Assembly (NCBI GenBank): GCA_040954595.2
Contig: CM082593.2
Span: 5,225,434-5,289,433, forward strand
Length of the DNA: 64,000 bases
Origin: Balanoglossus misakiensis
Lineage: Eukaryota > Animalia > Hemichordata
Reading direction: 5' to 3'
Part shown: one piece after another, positions 10,819 through 25,935 of the stretch
Numbering within the stretch: position 1 is the first letter of the stretch
Layout of the letters: each line of letters opens with the position of its first letter
The notes under the pieces: generated by a model
What the model saw: the letters and a program-made list of their open reading frames with translations, nothing else
Database searches by the model: none
What the model was told of the DNA's origin: nothing
Made by a program: the position numbers and the translations under genes

Positions 10819-13800
10819 TTTTTTCTTAGTCTTTGTTATTAAAATCTGAAAAAAGTGGAGAATTTTGTAGTTAATGAAAATGACCGCGATATGGCTGGGT
10901 AAGAAACGAAATATTAGTCTGTCTGTCTGCCCAAACCATTTACAGAACAACACTGCGTATAGCAAGGTATTTTTTATCAAGTAATCATAAGTGGCATCCA
11001 TTGTCCGTGTCAGCTCTTTTTGAAAACTGATAAAACGAGTAGGTGTAAACTAGTTCTCAAAATGTAGGTCCGCATCAATATTATAACAAACAATGCTATG
11101 GTTAGCGTTGCTTCCATTTTGCTTGTAATCCTACACGATTTCGTTTTCCGCTAAACGTATTTTTTTCTATATACGCAACGCCATCACTTTTCTGGCTGCG
11201 TTTATATGGCATTCCATTTATCGAACAAACAGGCCCTCCAGATATTTGACTAATGCGTTGCAATATTGCGCCTGGGCGTCGTTTGGTTTCTTCCGACTCT
11301 CGTATTTTACATTTGTGTGCACAGTATCCTTTGCCGACTAATGATGAGTTCCGACTAAAGGGCATGCAACGTTATGAAATGCATTTTGTTAAAGTGATTG
11401 CACCTATTGGCAGGCCAAACACTATAGGAAGCAATGACAATTGCACAAACAGTAATATTTGTGAGCTGCATTAGGACATAGCGGGAGTACGCGGTATACG
11501 TTCTACTTCACTTTGTATAATATTGGCTGTTTTATCCCAGGTAACAACTGAGCGCGCTCCCTGCCAACAATCGTCCACGTTTTTGTCCCGCGAATATAAG
11601 AAAGCGCCAATTGCAATTTGATAAACAATTTATCGTTCGATTAGCGGAGAAGCATCTCCGGTCTCATGAACAATACAATTCAATCAACCACACATATTAA
11701 AAATGCATCACTTGCCCCTCTCGAATACCCCGGGGGTGTATATGGAGACACAAAAAAGATTGTATCTTGTCAAGTTGTTTGGCCAGCGGCAAATTCAATA
11801 TTAAAATTAGACTGCTAGGCGCTCATTTCTGTTGTACTTGCGGTAAAATGTCTAGATAAATGGCCCGATAATTTAGTTACGCTGTCATTTCGATTCAATG
11901 TTTGTAAAGGTAAACTAAAACAATAAAAAAGACAATTCTACATTCTACGCTCAAGATTTGTCATTTCCAAAAAAGTTACATTTTAGGTGTGAATACCCTT
12001 TAATGTTAACCTATACAAGAAAACCCATCTCTTACTCTAAGTGATCGATATGATGCGGAATTGCGGTCTTTCGGAATAACTGATTTCTGCTTTTACAATA
12101 TAGTACGCATGTATACTATTTCGAGCGGACTCTAATTAATTAATTAATTGAGAAATTATTTGACTCCCTTCAAATCTAGGCCGCCGAATAAAATTACTCC
12201 GGTCTGAGGCCATTGGGCGACCATACTCAATCCATTATCCAGTGTACAGTACTTTAAATATATAATAGTGCAATTAAACGTACTACATAAGTCATGCTTA
12301 TAGCAATGTTTACCATTAGCATTCGCTCGACATCAATCAATCGTCAGACAGGTCAAGTAAGGCAATCTTTACTCGGCTATCAAGTGTTAATAGTATAAAT
12401 ATTTATGGAGATCCTTTAAAATTCATTCATTTTTGAAGACTGTATCCTTGGTCTATGACTGGTTGATTCTCAAACGCCGTTCGTAAAGTCGTGGTTAACA
12501 CCAATCCTTGTGTGCGTAGGCATCGATATTCGTTGCAACGCAAAAAGCCCACTGCAATGACTAACTAAATATCGCTCTGACGTCAGTCCTGTATACCAGC
12601 CGAGTATTCCGCGACGCCCGGCAAACCGCAAAAAGGGGGGAGTTAATGCGCATGCACAGGTAACAATACTTGACATTTCGGTTGAGTACTTTGTTGCTTT
12701 TACTTCGTGGCTTTCCGTTGGGACAGGAAAAAAAACAACGCTTTTGTAAATCTCAAGAAAATGGATTCTGCGTGGCGAATCTCTATGATGTCGTTGGCAA
12801 ATTCGAAGGAAAATATCGACGTGGGATTATTCCTATAATTTCACCAGTATTATCCTTTTTCAAAGATACACTCACTAAGTGTGCTGCAAATTAGGTTTTA
12901 TACTTTGCCTTCCATATTTCCCCGCGATTTTAAGAAACCGTGATCAAAGGATCGGAATGACATTTTCAAAGAGTCGTCATTTTCCCCCAGAATTTCGATC
13001 CTTAATTGGGTGTTCTATTGCATTGGTACAGGCCGAGTTCTATTTTTCTATTAGGAAAGTTGTCCATTGGGATATGACGGGTTTAGGAAAACTCTGACAG
13101 TATCAAAGAAATACAAGTCGTAAATCCCGTGTTAATTGACATGCGATTCTGCATCCTTTGCTTGAACTGTTGTTGAATTATGGGATACCGAGTGAGTGTT
13201 TGTGTTGACGTTTCATTCGAAAGAGAAGGAGATGACGATATCAGAGTAAAACGATAGCTGCACGTGAAATCAAATATTGAACTACAGCTCAACTTTGAAT
13301 GAAACTTTTTAATATTAATCTCGCACGAATTTGATTTTACTAAGGGATGTCAATGAATTCAGAATAGTAAAACTTTTCTTCCCTAGTTTTTGATAGGATT
13401 CAGTTCATTGTCCTGCAGGTGATGTAAACTGGCCACGGGGAGTTACATGTATTTAAGATTGTTTGTTCTATGACAACTTTGTCATCTGATCTGTATGCAG
13501 GAACGTCATAGCTTTTATCTTTTGGGAGATATCCTATATAATATATAACTTCTTCAATACAGGAGTCACGCTGAAGTAGACTTTGACGTTATCAGGAAGA
13601 TAATTAAGTAGATAAGATATCGCTTGATCGGTTTACCAATTTAATGATAGATTTCCACAGTATTATAGGTAGTATTGGTGTCTCGGGAAAGATTTCAAGC
13701 AAGGAACACGTCGCCCGCGTGTTGAACCCGGGCAAATGTGATGGAGGTTATTCGGGAGAGAACTCAGGAAGTTGACGATCGCTCGTAGTCCCGGCGGGTA

Positions 13801-16800
13801 ATAGCAATGGCGGCAGAGACGAATCTGCTAGCTGGTAAGGGGAAGGTGTATATATCCCAATTTGTCAGTGACGGTGCCTGTTTTAATGGTGGCGATGTCG
13901 GTAACTGCAAGGTTTCAACGCCGCTGCCACGTTAAAATATTGGTGTTAGTATGAAGACATATAAATGTACGTTTCCTTTTTGCCTGCTGCTTCATTACCA
14001 CGGTCATGTGAATTACTATCGGCATCTCAGCAAACTTGCCCCCTTAGGCTATCCTCCTTAACAGCCTGCAAATCGCACAGTAGATGATTACACATAGGCA
14101 TCTATCGCCAGTGACCCTCGAAAATCAATTTACTCTTCTTGTGCGTCTTCGCATGATGATGAGGAAACGGGACTACCTTTAATACCGCCAGTCTTTAACT
14201 ACTAGCATGTAATATAGAAGGTCCAATTACATGAAGCTTAAATTAATTAAACGTGCATGCTGCTCTCCCGTGAATGTTCGTGATTTAGGCGTAAACTAGG
14301 ACAATGTACTAAGTATAACACGTATATAAGTTTACTCATACTGCAGCTATTGGGATGTGTTATGTTTTGCAAGGTGTACCTCAGGTTTTTTTTCTCAGAA
14401 CAACTGGCATTTCCGTTCGGTGTATTTGAAATGATTCATTACGTTACACACCGCACCTGTTCGCCTGGAAGCCAATTTCTGAACACTCGCTTAACTAAAA
14501 TGTAGGGACTTCGGGGCGTTTGCTCGTATGTCTTCTCTCTCGCAAAATCGACGAAAGTACAACAAAATGTCTGCATCTGCTAACTGCAAAAGCATATCCA
14601 GGTTCTTCAATTAACGCACCGTAAAATTTTACTGATTCTGTCAACTTGGAAAGTTCAGGTGCTTCAGTATAGGGAAACTTCTAAAATTATGTTTCGACAA
14701 TCCTGCTAGATTATCTGTTATCATAGATCGCAGCTTTAGATTATATATGTCGAATTTAGCGCCGAACTTTTGTTACAGACAACTGAACACAAATCTTCAA
14801 TGTTTGGAACATTAAGAAATTCTCTCAACCTGAAATGACAATGCATGCAAATAGGCCTACTGTTGGCGATGATAAAAGCAAACCAGAATGATACCGAACG
14901 ACAGAAATGTGTGAAAAAAAGACTTACCGAGCAAAGTTATCTCTTCTTGGAGCAGGCGAGGTGTCTATCACGTTGAGAATCTCGCACACAGACCACCTTT
15001 TAAACATGTGAAACGTCAGGCCGTTTTCATTCACCTGATTGGCCCGTGGGTGTCGCTCGCTAACACGCCCACTGTTTGGTTCTTTCGATTGCACCGTGCT
15101 CTTGACTCTGACGCGTTGAATCTTGCACGGGTCAAGTGATGACTTCCCCGATTGAAAAGTGAAAATTACCACAAAGAATCCTTGGTTTAATGTTTCATCT
15201 CGAACTACAACAAGAGGTCTATTATCGCGTTGCTGATAAGCAGGATTCATGTTAAGCGGTAAACTTGATATCGTGTGCTTTGAAATGCGGACGCATCCAC
15301 GTATTTCGTACGCCATGTGTATGGTACCATTTTTATGCAAATGAGCTTCACGTATCTGGTCCGCCCATTTTTACCAGTTCGTATTACATTGTTAGCGGCC
15401 ATTAATTTATTGAAGGGAATTAACACCTCGGCCGAGTAGACGTAACATCTTTTCTGTGCGATGCACGGATCAATATGGGGCCAGCTGTGCATAGCATTTG
15501 ACCCTTTAACCAAATTTCCTTCGCTTCCATGAGACTATGAAGTTGGCCCGTCGCACTGTTTGAGCGTAACTTTGTGGTTCTTGCGTTCACACAGGGTTCT
15601 GTATAGCGGCGTGTGCAGACCAGTTTACACCGGTCCTATGCATTATACTTAATGTGAGAATTACGGGTGTCATTACTATTCATTTTTACCTAAACACCGG
15701 AAAATGATTGCCGCAATTATTATAGCGAAAAGGGCATATTGAACACCAGTCGTGATCAATGTACCACAGAATAAAAAGAGAAATAAGATGTCATTTCGTT
15801 CTATGCATGACGAGACGTATTTATAAGTGAAATGTTAGAAAGGTTGGTCACCAACTGGGAAAAAAACATTCTGGCATCGCGAAATATCAAAGGTGAAAAC
15901 CACAGGGTGACGCTTGCTCAATAACACGTATGTCAGCGCACCAATTATTTCTTGTCGTTCCTGCTTTTCTTCAATTTCTTAAAGAACACCTTACCAGGGA
16001 TCAAGGTCAACGTATTTATTGCCAATGTACATTTTGGGCATTGTTGCTTCAACTTGGGTAGTACAGAACGTGAATCACGATTACGTACGCCCGTAAATTC
16101 GTAACTGTAAATAATACATGTACATGTACTGCATTAGGCGTTGATAGGGAACTGTGGCACGTTGCACTTCCAGATGGTGCATTGGATTACATGGTTAGCA
16201 AGTGGATCGCCATCAGACAGATTGGCACCAGTGCTCACGCGAGGTAGCAAGCGTCAGGGTCTCCAACGAGAACAGCCAGTACTGGGGAGGTTATACGATC
16301 GAAAGGCATTTGAAAAGTGCGACATTAATACGGAAAATCGCATTTCTGAGACTGAATGATGTAGTTTGGACAGTATCGCTTCTTCGTTGGCTAATGCGTT
16401 GCATTAATCGTGTCCGATGTTTAGCAGAGCGGCGAATCTTTCACGGGTAGATACTAAAGAACAACCGTTTGCAAAATAGGCCAACGCGTGTGCGAAGCCC
16501 CTGTGAAGGCCCCTGAAGTTTAATGTCAGCACAGAAAACTCACTTGATGACTGATGACAATCGTAGTGTAGTCAACGCACCCAAGAGGAAGCCCTACGTT
16601 ACACGACCTTTCAATTGCTTAATCGATTGTTTTGACTGCCGAATACATTTGTGTACGTAAAAGCTGTCGTCTACACGTTCACATTTTGGCTTCTTTTCGG
16701 GTGTTTCAAAGATAAAACTGATTAGTGTGAGCGATTGATATGTTGGTATTATCAATGACAAGCACTAAAATTCTGCAAACGGTAATGTATGGATAGAAAA

Positions 16801-19800
16801 ATGATTTTTAGATCTGGTGATATACAAAGACGAATGTGATCATGACACTGTTTCGATTCATTGCTTAATATTTAAATTTCAATTAACGAACTTCGCTCTC
16901 TTAAACTAATCACATGCATCACTTGAGATGAAGGACGACTAAGAAAATTACTACATATATACCACACATTAAAGTGGTCAATATTTTAGAAGGTGTTTGT
17001 ATACTTTACCGCTAGGCAAATGTTGACCATTACCGCCTTCATCTTGAATACAGTGGAACTACAAGTTTATGTATTTAGCCGGGAAAAAAATACAGGCGGT
17101 ATTATAAGCTGGTGAGAAGTGCGTGCGTCAATCTGCCTAGAAACAAAGATGGGGACGAAATCAAATTTGCGTCAAACGGATGTTATTTATTCGTTCGTAA
17201 AACAAAACGAAACATGCAAAAAACTAAAATAAAAAATAACTAGTCTGCGTTCAGTACAAAATTCAACCAGACTCGAGGATTTTGTTTGGGATGTATAATA
17301 CATGATTTTGCATTCTAGGTACATCAAAATTTCATTATTAATGTTTTTGAAATTAAACATTTACGTAATATCATATCTAATTTCAGAGAAAAGACGTGAA
17401 GGAGAAATAATGCATTTCCCTAAAGGATCAGCTGTTATAATTTTATAAGATATATAGCATGGTAAATGCTCGTGGGTTATTGAGTTAATTTTTAAGATTT
17501 TTGGGGGCACACAAATCAAATTGTAAAAAGGGCATTTCGGTTGATTTGTGGTTGAACTAAGGGTAGGGTGCCACCGCTTGCTAGGACGGAACAGTGACGA
17601 AGCTGTCTCAAAGGGTGCGTGTCATCCCGTCTGCGCACGTCACACGCGACAAAGTTGCTAGCAAGCCCATATATGAACAGAATAGTCGCACATGTGAAGT
17701 TCATACGCCCCCTGAATAGTTTATATTCACGCGTCTATTTTCATCACCAGATTTAGACAGTATCGAACTCCGCCGGACAGTATTGAACTCTAGGTGACGC
17801 CACCATTCCGGTATGCGTTCACTGCCCCCACCGCTCGGCGGATGAAAATCGATTTGTGTCTACCGGTTGAATCAACAGCTATCATAAAACGATTGCATGA
17901 TATCAATTTTGGTTGCACCTGTACCGATTTACTTGCATAAAACGTTGTAAATCAACTAGCATACTTTCTTTGAACCTCGAATCAAAGATAAATATAGTGA
18001 AATCGATGATAATTGAAAGTCCCTATGATAAACTGTTAACAGTAAACGGGAATAACATGCGTTCAAGTTGTTAGCATAGATATTGCACTTTGGACATTCT
18101 GCGTCTGTTACCTTGTGTTTAACCAAATAGACAGTATAGAGAGACTCCAGTAACAACCTAATCCTATTCATTAAACATACAAACAGAGCGCAGGCAATTT
18201 TTCTTCTTATCCACGTATCATTAAACATGACCTCTGTTAGTGCTACTTGTCTCGATTGTGTGATTCAACTACTGATCGGACAAGTCCACACCTCAGCTTG
18301 CACGACTCAAGTGCGAGATCAACGCCATTAAAATTTATACCTAATAAATACGATGTTTCCAATTGCTGCTTTTGCATTAAAAGTGGAACACAGAGGTGAA
18401 AACACGTGATTTGACACGACTTCAACGCTCCAATTGGCGCTCAGGTGCGCTAAAGTCACTCCATTGAATGCCATGAGGTGTCTGTCTGTTTGTACTACAA
18501 TACAATAGTTCGCAGATTTCGATAGATCAACTTCATTTTTTTTTCGGACGTGACTAATTAATGATACAAGGACGACCCAAAGTAAAACAAAATCTACTAG
18601 TCTAACCAGGGCAAAATATAAAGGTATAGGAGCCTGATAGCCGTACAGGTTAGATGGTGTAACGATGTCCACCACACACGACCTGCAGAACACGCAGTAA
18701 ACCGCACGCCTCAGAAATCGTATTTTGTGGCAATCGTACCAGGACACTCTACATGTATGTAAAAAAGCTGAACAAGTGTGAGGGCGCTTTTTATCGTAGA
18801 GTTACACAGTGATATGCTCCCTTATCCTGTTGTCATGCAGCTGTAGATACGTCAGATACATTTGCATTCGCGCGCTGTACACGTAAATACAAACAAACAA
18901 ACAACCTATAACAATACCATTTTGAATTATTGTAACCTCCTATAGGAACTGCCGTGGTGTACTAATGTACTAAATGTCAATCAAAGAATCACTAAGCTCC
19001 TTGTGTGTCGGTTTGAAATTCCCAGAGTTTCTTTCCTGCAGCGGCACGACGCGACACCGAGCTCTGATGTCTGAAAAACATTCCACTGCCAAATTCGAGT
19101 CACGAAGTACTTGTACTTCTAAAAAGGGACTTACGCTGATTACAACCGCTTATCTGCTCAAACTTCGATCAATATATGTATAAATGAGACAATTATTGCT
19201 AATCATACTAAATATGTGATTATTGTCGCAAGACAGAGCACAATCCCCCGACGTGATGTGAAAATCCGAGATTTGTTGAAATAACGTTTCCCAAGTGACC
19301 ACAGAACGTTGTCTGTCATAAATTTAACTCCCTCTACTGCGAACATTGCATATATACTCTGTCAAACACGGTTCATTTGTTTTATCGTGGAATGTGTGGT
19401 TTGTGAAACATTGCTTTGGACAGTATACTAGTACCATGCACGGTTACGCGAACTGCGGGAGCATGCGCAGTATATGTACCCTAATGTACCGATTTTTCCC
19501 CGCAGTGGGTCTTTAAATGTATGTGTACGTAAAAAGCACCACACGTAGAATAGAATTTGACCTATGCTTGCTTTATTGGTTTTCCACGATATTTGTTATC
19601 CTCAAAAAAAATTCTGCAATGCTATAATTTCGGCAAGGTAAAAAGTCTTTCAAAGAATGTTTCAGTGTTCAATTCCGATCATATAGAATTAGACAATCGG
19701 GTATAGTGTTCTCGGAGTCGCACTTTTGTGTCGAACACTTTCGTTGTGATTCGGGTAACTTCGTCTGCCTCGGTGTAATGGTGGCTCGTGTGGGTCTTTA

Positions 19801-19833
19801 CGGGCACCGGGGATCTTGAAGCCGCGGCCGTGC

Positions 19834-20163
19834 TCAGAGAGAGACGCAGTGATCGCGACAGCGCACGTAGCAGGACACATCCACAATGCATTGCAGCGAG
19901 TTGCACGCGCTGCACGACACACCGGCCGAGCGCCCGAACACGTACTGTCTCTGCACCCTCATGGGCGGCGGCGCCGTACTCTCGCCGTTGACCACGCCGT
20001 GAAAGTTCAACGCCGGATAACCTTTGCCGCCCATTCTCCCCACGTACGGCGGGGAATCATCCTGCATCGTGTACCGGTCGGCGCCTTCTCCCATCAACGG
20101 CAAACACAGACATTCACCGAAGAGCGCCACCAAGAGAAAAACTGCTATCACTCTGGCATTCAT
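19834..20163 (-). CDS. Secreted Cys-rich prepropeptide B (109 aa, 6 Cys in mature part)
   Basis: Signal MNARVIAVFLLVALFGECLC, furin-type RVQR site, tail CSACNSLQCIVDVSCYVRCRDHC. Locally GC-rich. Acceptor tttctttcttcag at 20192, upstream donor gtgagta at 20275, minus-strand AATAAA at ~19572-19577. Confidence 0.85.
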   Translation of the reverse strand: MNARVIAVFLLVALFGECLCLPLMGEGADRYTMQDDSPPYVGRMGGKGYPALNFHGVVNGESTAPPPMRVQRQYVFGRSAGVSCSACNSLQCIVDVSCYVRCRDHCVSL

Positions 20164-20275
20164 TTCTGTCTTCCGATTTCCTGGTTAATATCTGAAGAAA
20201 GAAAACAGTCGTATCAGAAATCAAGAATTCTAGACGATATTTGAAATGCCGATCTAAGATAAAAAGTGTACTCAC

Positions 20276-20373
20276 GTCGTCTCAGAGATCTCCAAACATG
20301 CGCCGAAGATTTCCTCGCTCGTTGGACACTATTCTTGAAAAGAGAGCTAAAGTGAAATGTGTCGCCTATTTAA
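20276..20373 (-). promoter_or_regulatory. Putative TATA-like box (TTAAATA ~20367-20373) and short non-coding exon 1 of prepropeptide B
   Basis: TATA-like motif followed ~90 nt later by the donor AC|GTGAGTA; an 84-nt intron leads to the coding exon. Confidence 0.4.
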
Positions 20374-23300
20374 GTTTTGGGATGGCGACAGATACCGTAA
20401 TACGAGCTTAATACCTCGCGGTTATGCTTGATAGGAACACTTCTGGCCGGGGGCAGTTTTCAACGAAATAAGCTATTATACTTATTATTTGAATACTTTT
20501 ATCCTACCTGTGATTCGGAGAGAGTGAGTGACGTGCCACAGATTTTAGTCAGAAGGAGAAAGCCTAGGAAAAAAAAGAAACATCAATCACGATGATGATT
20601 ATCATCATCATTATCGTCTTCATCACCGTGGATATTCGTTAGTTAAACTAAATCCCTCGCTTCTGCCATCATTAAACAACGCGATCGCCGTCAAATCCGA
20701 AGAGTATTTCCCTGAGTCCCAAGTGGCAGGCACTGCTTAAAAACCGCTTCGCTTTACTAAACGTCTTCTCGATGCAGATAAAGTCGCAGGTGCAATTAAC
20801 TCTGCGTGAAATATAAATATAGCATACAGCGCAGAGAGTACCTTTTAAATTTCATCATAGACATCAATTTAAATATACTCCATGTTTTATGATATGCGTA
20901 ATGAACGCCACGCGAAATAAATATGGCAAATAAAATAAAACATCGCTCCGGTGTATATTGCAGGCAAGATTTGAAAAATTGAAAAATTAGGGATATCGCT
21001 TCGCTGTCCGTCTTTATAATAGTCCATCGTTCAGTTATGACAGAAGACTGCATGTGTACATTGACAATGTTAATTGAGCTGTTATACAGAATTGTCAGAC
21101 AAAGCTTTTACCTTCAGATTTAGACGAATACGTGAAATTAGAAAAAATCTATTTGCACTTCGCCTTTAGTTGAATAGTTCAGTTATCATTGCAGAACCCA
21201 TCTCCATTGTTTTGTATTTCATATCCTCACAACCGACGGAGAAAACGTTGAAATACTCCGATATCGTGATTTTTGGTACGGCCCAGAGATTATGTCATGG
21301 AAGAATTTCATGCAATGGAAAGATGGAGGGTTGTTCTTGATGTAACAACCACAAATGCATCTTAAAAGGACAAAGTCGCTCTTTTGACATTATTTTGGTT
21401 CATTTGTTTTCTTTTACTATGTTATTTGTGTTGTTCTACTCAATGAAATATTCCCAATCATTTGTTTCAAAAAAGGTAACGACGGAAACACTGAGGGTCA
21501 CATTTAGCAGAAAATGTTGGAGCGCTGTCAAAGGAAGTAGGAAATGACATTGAGGGAATTTTAAAAATACTGTTATTTTCCTTAATAAAAAAAAAACAAG
21601 AACTAGTTATGGGCGGTTCCCAATTAGTTTGCTAATATTAATTGCTTAGCGTAATATTAAAAACATAGTGAAAGTGTTTTTGCCTTTATGGAAATTATCC
21701 ATCCGATAGGATGTATTAAAATATCGCTTGATTGATATAGATTTAATTTTCACCGAAGTTAACTTGAAACTGCGTCTCCTCCTCTGATATTGTAAAGATT
21801 AGATCAAATACTGCGAGAGTTTCTGTAATTTCTTCAAATGCCATGATATCAACTACAGTTTATCCATACGCGAGATTGGTTTTGTTATTAAAGGGTAGTA
21901 ATTCCATAGATTGGTTTGTTGTGGAAAAGGGTAAAATAATTGATATACTCAGTGAAATGTTAGATTTCTATGAATGTGCTGAAGTGAAGTTTATCCGTCG
22001 GCAAGGTCGTTGCAACATGACAAAACACAGCATAAGTTAGAAAAAAAGCTACAACGCCAATTCTTACCTGCCTGTAGTGTTTTTTTCCAAGGCTCGCTTT
22101 CTTTAACTGGCGAAAAGTGAAGTTGCCTCCTAGTTTTGTTCACTTCTGAACCCTCACGTGGGACCGTGTCTAAATGGAATATGTTTAATTAATGTATAAT
22201 CACATGGAACATATTGAGCGAGCAATTAACTCTTGTGGGGCGAGGCGGGCTCCCAGGTGACCGGGAGAGCGCGTCGGTACGCCCGAGAAAAAGAGACGCG
22301 GAAACTTCGACCAATCGCCGCAGTGGCGGGTACATTTACACACGACTCTGAGGGGAGATAGATAAGTCATATGTGAGTGGAATTTCGACGTTTTGACTTT
22401 TGTAATAGATGATCTTCTTGTCATCCATAAATAGTGCTTAATCATATTTTTTTGTCGAAGTGCCCTCTCGTTCATTTTCTTGGACTGACAGGGGGGATTA
22501 CGCTTAGTGGCGGCCTGGCGAGATTCCATCTCGTTGACAAGTAACATTTGCCCTTGAACGTCGACTGCGCACATGCTGTGCAGGCGTCGGACAGCAGAGG
22601 GATTAGTTACTCGAGATTGCTCGGGAGACGTTGGAAATAACAAACAGTTTCATGAGATTCCTTCAGACGCACACCTTTGAAGAGAGAAGGACGACATTCG
22701 ACCCCTGTGCAATTACGCAACTCCCGATATACCATGCCGATTTCGGGTAAAACATTTCATCGCGATTTTCACCCTCCGTTGATCAGGAATGAAGTTGCGT
22801 GTCTCTAAGTCCCGTTGAAAGCTCATAGCGACAAGATAAGCGCATTGTGGAAGCACTTCTGTTTTACGCGCGTGATTATCTAAACAAAATAGCAGAATGA
22901 TCAAGATTGATCTCATATATAAACTGAGAAAAGTATTACATGTATCTGGGAAAGAATGCAGGTGTTAAAGGGAATATACAGAGGTGCATATTTTACTGTC
23001 AAAATCACGCAGTGTTTGCAAATCGAAAACAAAACGAAGAGAAACTCACACTCTAAAGACACGTGTCTGCTGCAATCATTAAGCCCAATTTGTTCAAGAT
23101 TGAAAACCACTAAGGCAAAAACTTGCCATTTGAAGAAGCCAGTCATTTTGCGCAACTACAGCTAGTTACTACAGACCGGAATAGCAACATGAAAGTCACG
23201 AATGTCCGTTGTCGTGTCCAGCAAACCGCAAACAATTAAAATGTACCCCGAGAACCAGAAAAATTATTATCTTTGATGAATAATTAAACCGCCCCTTTTT

Positions 23301-24029
23301 GTAACCGTTAGGTTCTGTGTATATCGTATATGATCCGAGCAAGTAGTCGCCCGTAAAATTGACCACAAAATAAGAGAGACGAAGATTCTGAGCCACCGAA
23401 ACCGAAATGAGCTATATCTCAGCGGACAAAACGCAATGGCACAGTCGTGTAACAAGCTATGTAGTTTTCAGTGCCATTCGTAATAGTGCAAGTTCTAGGC
23501 AACGGTGGCAGATGTGATTATACTTACTTAAACCTGTCCTGGGGCAAACCTATACCCCACATATTATAATTGTTATATTATCTAAGCCTTACACCTGATG
23601 AAGACCGAAACGATGTTCTAATGGGGCTATCAGCTTAAGATCTATTGTATCAGTACGCTGTTTACGTCCTTAAACAAGTTCGATCAAAATTTGTCTTTTC
23701 TGTTTAGAAGTAAGTCTTAAAGCTGGCGTTCTGTCATAACAGGATGGTGTCTGCAAATAAGAGCGTTAGAGAGTAAGAGGATAGTGAAATAAGTAGTGCT
23801 CTTTCTTTAGCATTACCGAATTAGGAGTGATGTATTGAAAGGCTTAAGCGTGAAAATCAGGTGAGATTAAGGTAGTGTGCGCCTCGGGACAGATTTTCTG
23901 AAAAAAAGGATAGTCCTCTTAACCTCCTTAGAATCAAATACTAGTATCAACCGTGCCCGTGTTGTGTTGTCTTTGTCTTGCCCACTGAGCAGCCTTCAGT
24001 TAGACAGTACATATGTAATAAAGAGCAAT

Positions 24030-24149
<120 letters not shown>

Positions 24150-24879
24150 TCATTTTCCCCGTGTACTCTTTTGGTATCACATCCGTGTAATTATTGTGCA
24201 TTGGATGGACCTACAGAATGATGTTGTAAATTAACTATACGGCTGTACATTACGTATACACAGAATGTTTTGACAAGTGGGCCGTTTCATTACGCTTTAT
24301 TCGACAGAAAAAGGGAGTAGTTGACACTTGCTGGGGAAAATGATCAAATGATGTCGCCACTGACCCTTTAAATAAATAAATTAAGAAGACGCCCCAGCAT
24401 TCAATAAATGTTGTATTTGATATACCTTGCCGGTACAAACCTGTCACTATGATTGATCGAGAATTTAAAAATGGAGTGATATGAAATCCTGTGCAAGGTT
24501 ACAGTCTTGTAATTAATGTATGGTGTCCGCCACCCGGTTGCCACAAATTAGGCCAGGACAGGGCATGCGTAGTCGGCAAAGGTCTTCAGAATCTGTCATT
24601 GAAATCGGCGTTGCCACGTCGACAAGAATGTAAGAATCGCCGCAGTCGTGACAGAGGACCTGTTAACGATGATAGACGAGACGTCGTAAAATCAAGTGGG
24701 GAGGATCTCCTTTTCCTGTCCCCGATAGGCGTGTACCTAATCGAGTTATTGACTTGTTTTATTATCGACTTATGTACTCTCTCTATATTGAATGGGTATA
24801 ACCATTGCAATGCGCTGCTGAGATGTGTATGCAGATCGTGTCAATACGATATTGGCAAGTAGCATATTGACTGACAACT

Positions 24880-24960
24880 TTATTTATTTATTTATTTTTA
24901 TATTCATTCATTCATTCATTCATTCGTTCGTTCGTTCGTTCGTTCGTTCGTTCATTTATT
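24880..24960. repeat. Compound (TTTA)n/(TTCA)n/(TTCG)n microsatellite
   Basis: Adjacent tetranucleotide runs that differ by single substitutions. Confidence 0.85.
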
Positions 24961-25723
24961 CATATGGTAGATAAACAATAAGACATAAAGCGTCATTATG
25001 GTTACATTGGGTTATTTATTATGACTACAGAGGAATACATGACACGATAAAGTATATATTCAACTTGAAAAAAAAAATAGAGTAGTATTAAAGTAAGATT
25101 ACAATTTTCGAACGAAAAATGCATGCATGATTTCACCAATTCCCTTAATATAAATAACTGGCATAGTTGTTGAAGAACACAGTCACCACAAAGCATTGTC
25201 CCTTGGGAGACATCAAGCAGGACAATTCCCCCTTTTTGTAGCACTGAAAGTCACATGTGTGTTCTAAAACAATAACAATAAGTTTAAGTTGAAGCCTATA
25301 AGTGTTTAACCATCTCTAGTAGAATTATAACGATCATTCATGATCCATCTATATTTTAAAAAATCGTACCTCAAATATCTTATGTACATGTCAAGTTTAA
25401 AGACAAAAACACAAAACAGGTGTTTGTCTTTACGAGGTGCCTGCTACGGCCCTTAAACTGTTTACAAAAGAAATCCACAAGTGTCAGAAGTATAAATACA
25501 TTTACACAATCATGAAGCTAGAAAATTGGGTATATTGATATAATCACACAATATTTGTCTTTCTCAGAAAGAGCTCCAGTCTAATCATATTTGTATAAGG
25601 AAATACATTGCCAATAATGTTTGAAATTTGTAATTGCTATCTACAATGTGATGCTACTGAAAATTCAGTACACATTTAAAAGCTTTCTCACTAAATATAC
25701 CATTTTCAGAAATCCACAAGACC

Positions 25724-25935
25724 TGTGACATCTCGCGTGGTTAGGCAGTTTATTTGGTAGGACATAACATGTATCATGTTACACAGTACAAACGACACAT
25801 AGCCCACCGTGTTCAACGACAGAAAGGTTACATGTTTTTGCTAAACTGTGCACCTAATCTGGTTTCATGATACATAGCTTGGTTTGTATTACTTTGCTAG
25901 CAACCCGTTGCTACCAAGTCTCGCGAGATATCACA
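25724..25935. mobile_element. ~210-bp MITE-like element; related inverted fragment at ~45589-45656
   Basis: Imperfect inverted ends TGTGACATCTCGCG / CGCGAGATATCACA. The reverse complement of 25876-25929 matches 45589-45656 (ATCTCGCGAGACTTGG..TAGCAACGGGTTG..AATACAAAC). Confidence 0.6.

Noticed and set aside
23594-23625. CTGATGA-AGACC-GAAAC, resembling a hammerhead ribozyme core
   Set aside because: Stem II is essentially absent and stem I does not pair; at most a decayed Penelope-type remnant.
24510-24810. Minus-strand segment with RKRR in one frame and several Cys in another
   Set aside because: No signal peptide or coherent exon model; the basic site and the cysteines are in different frames.
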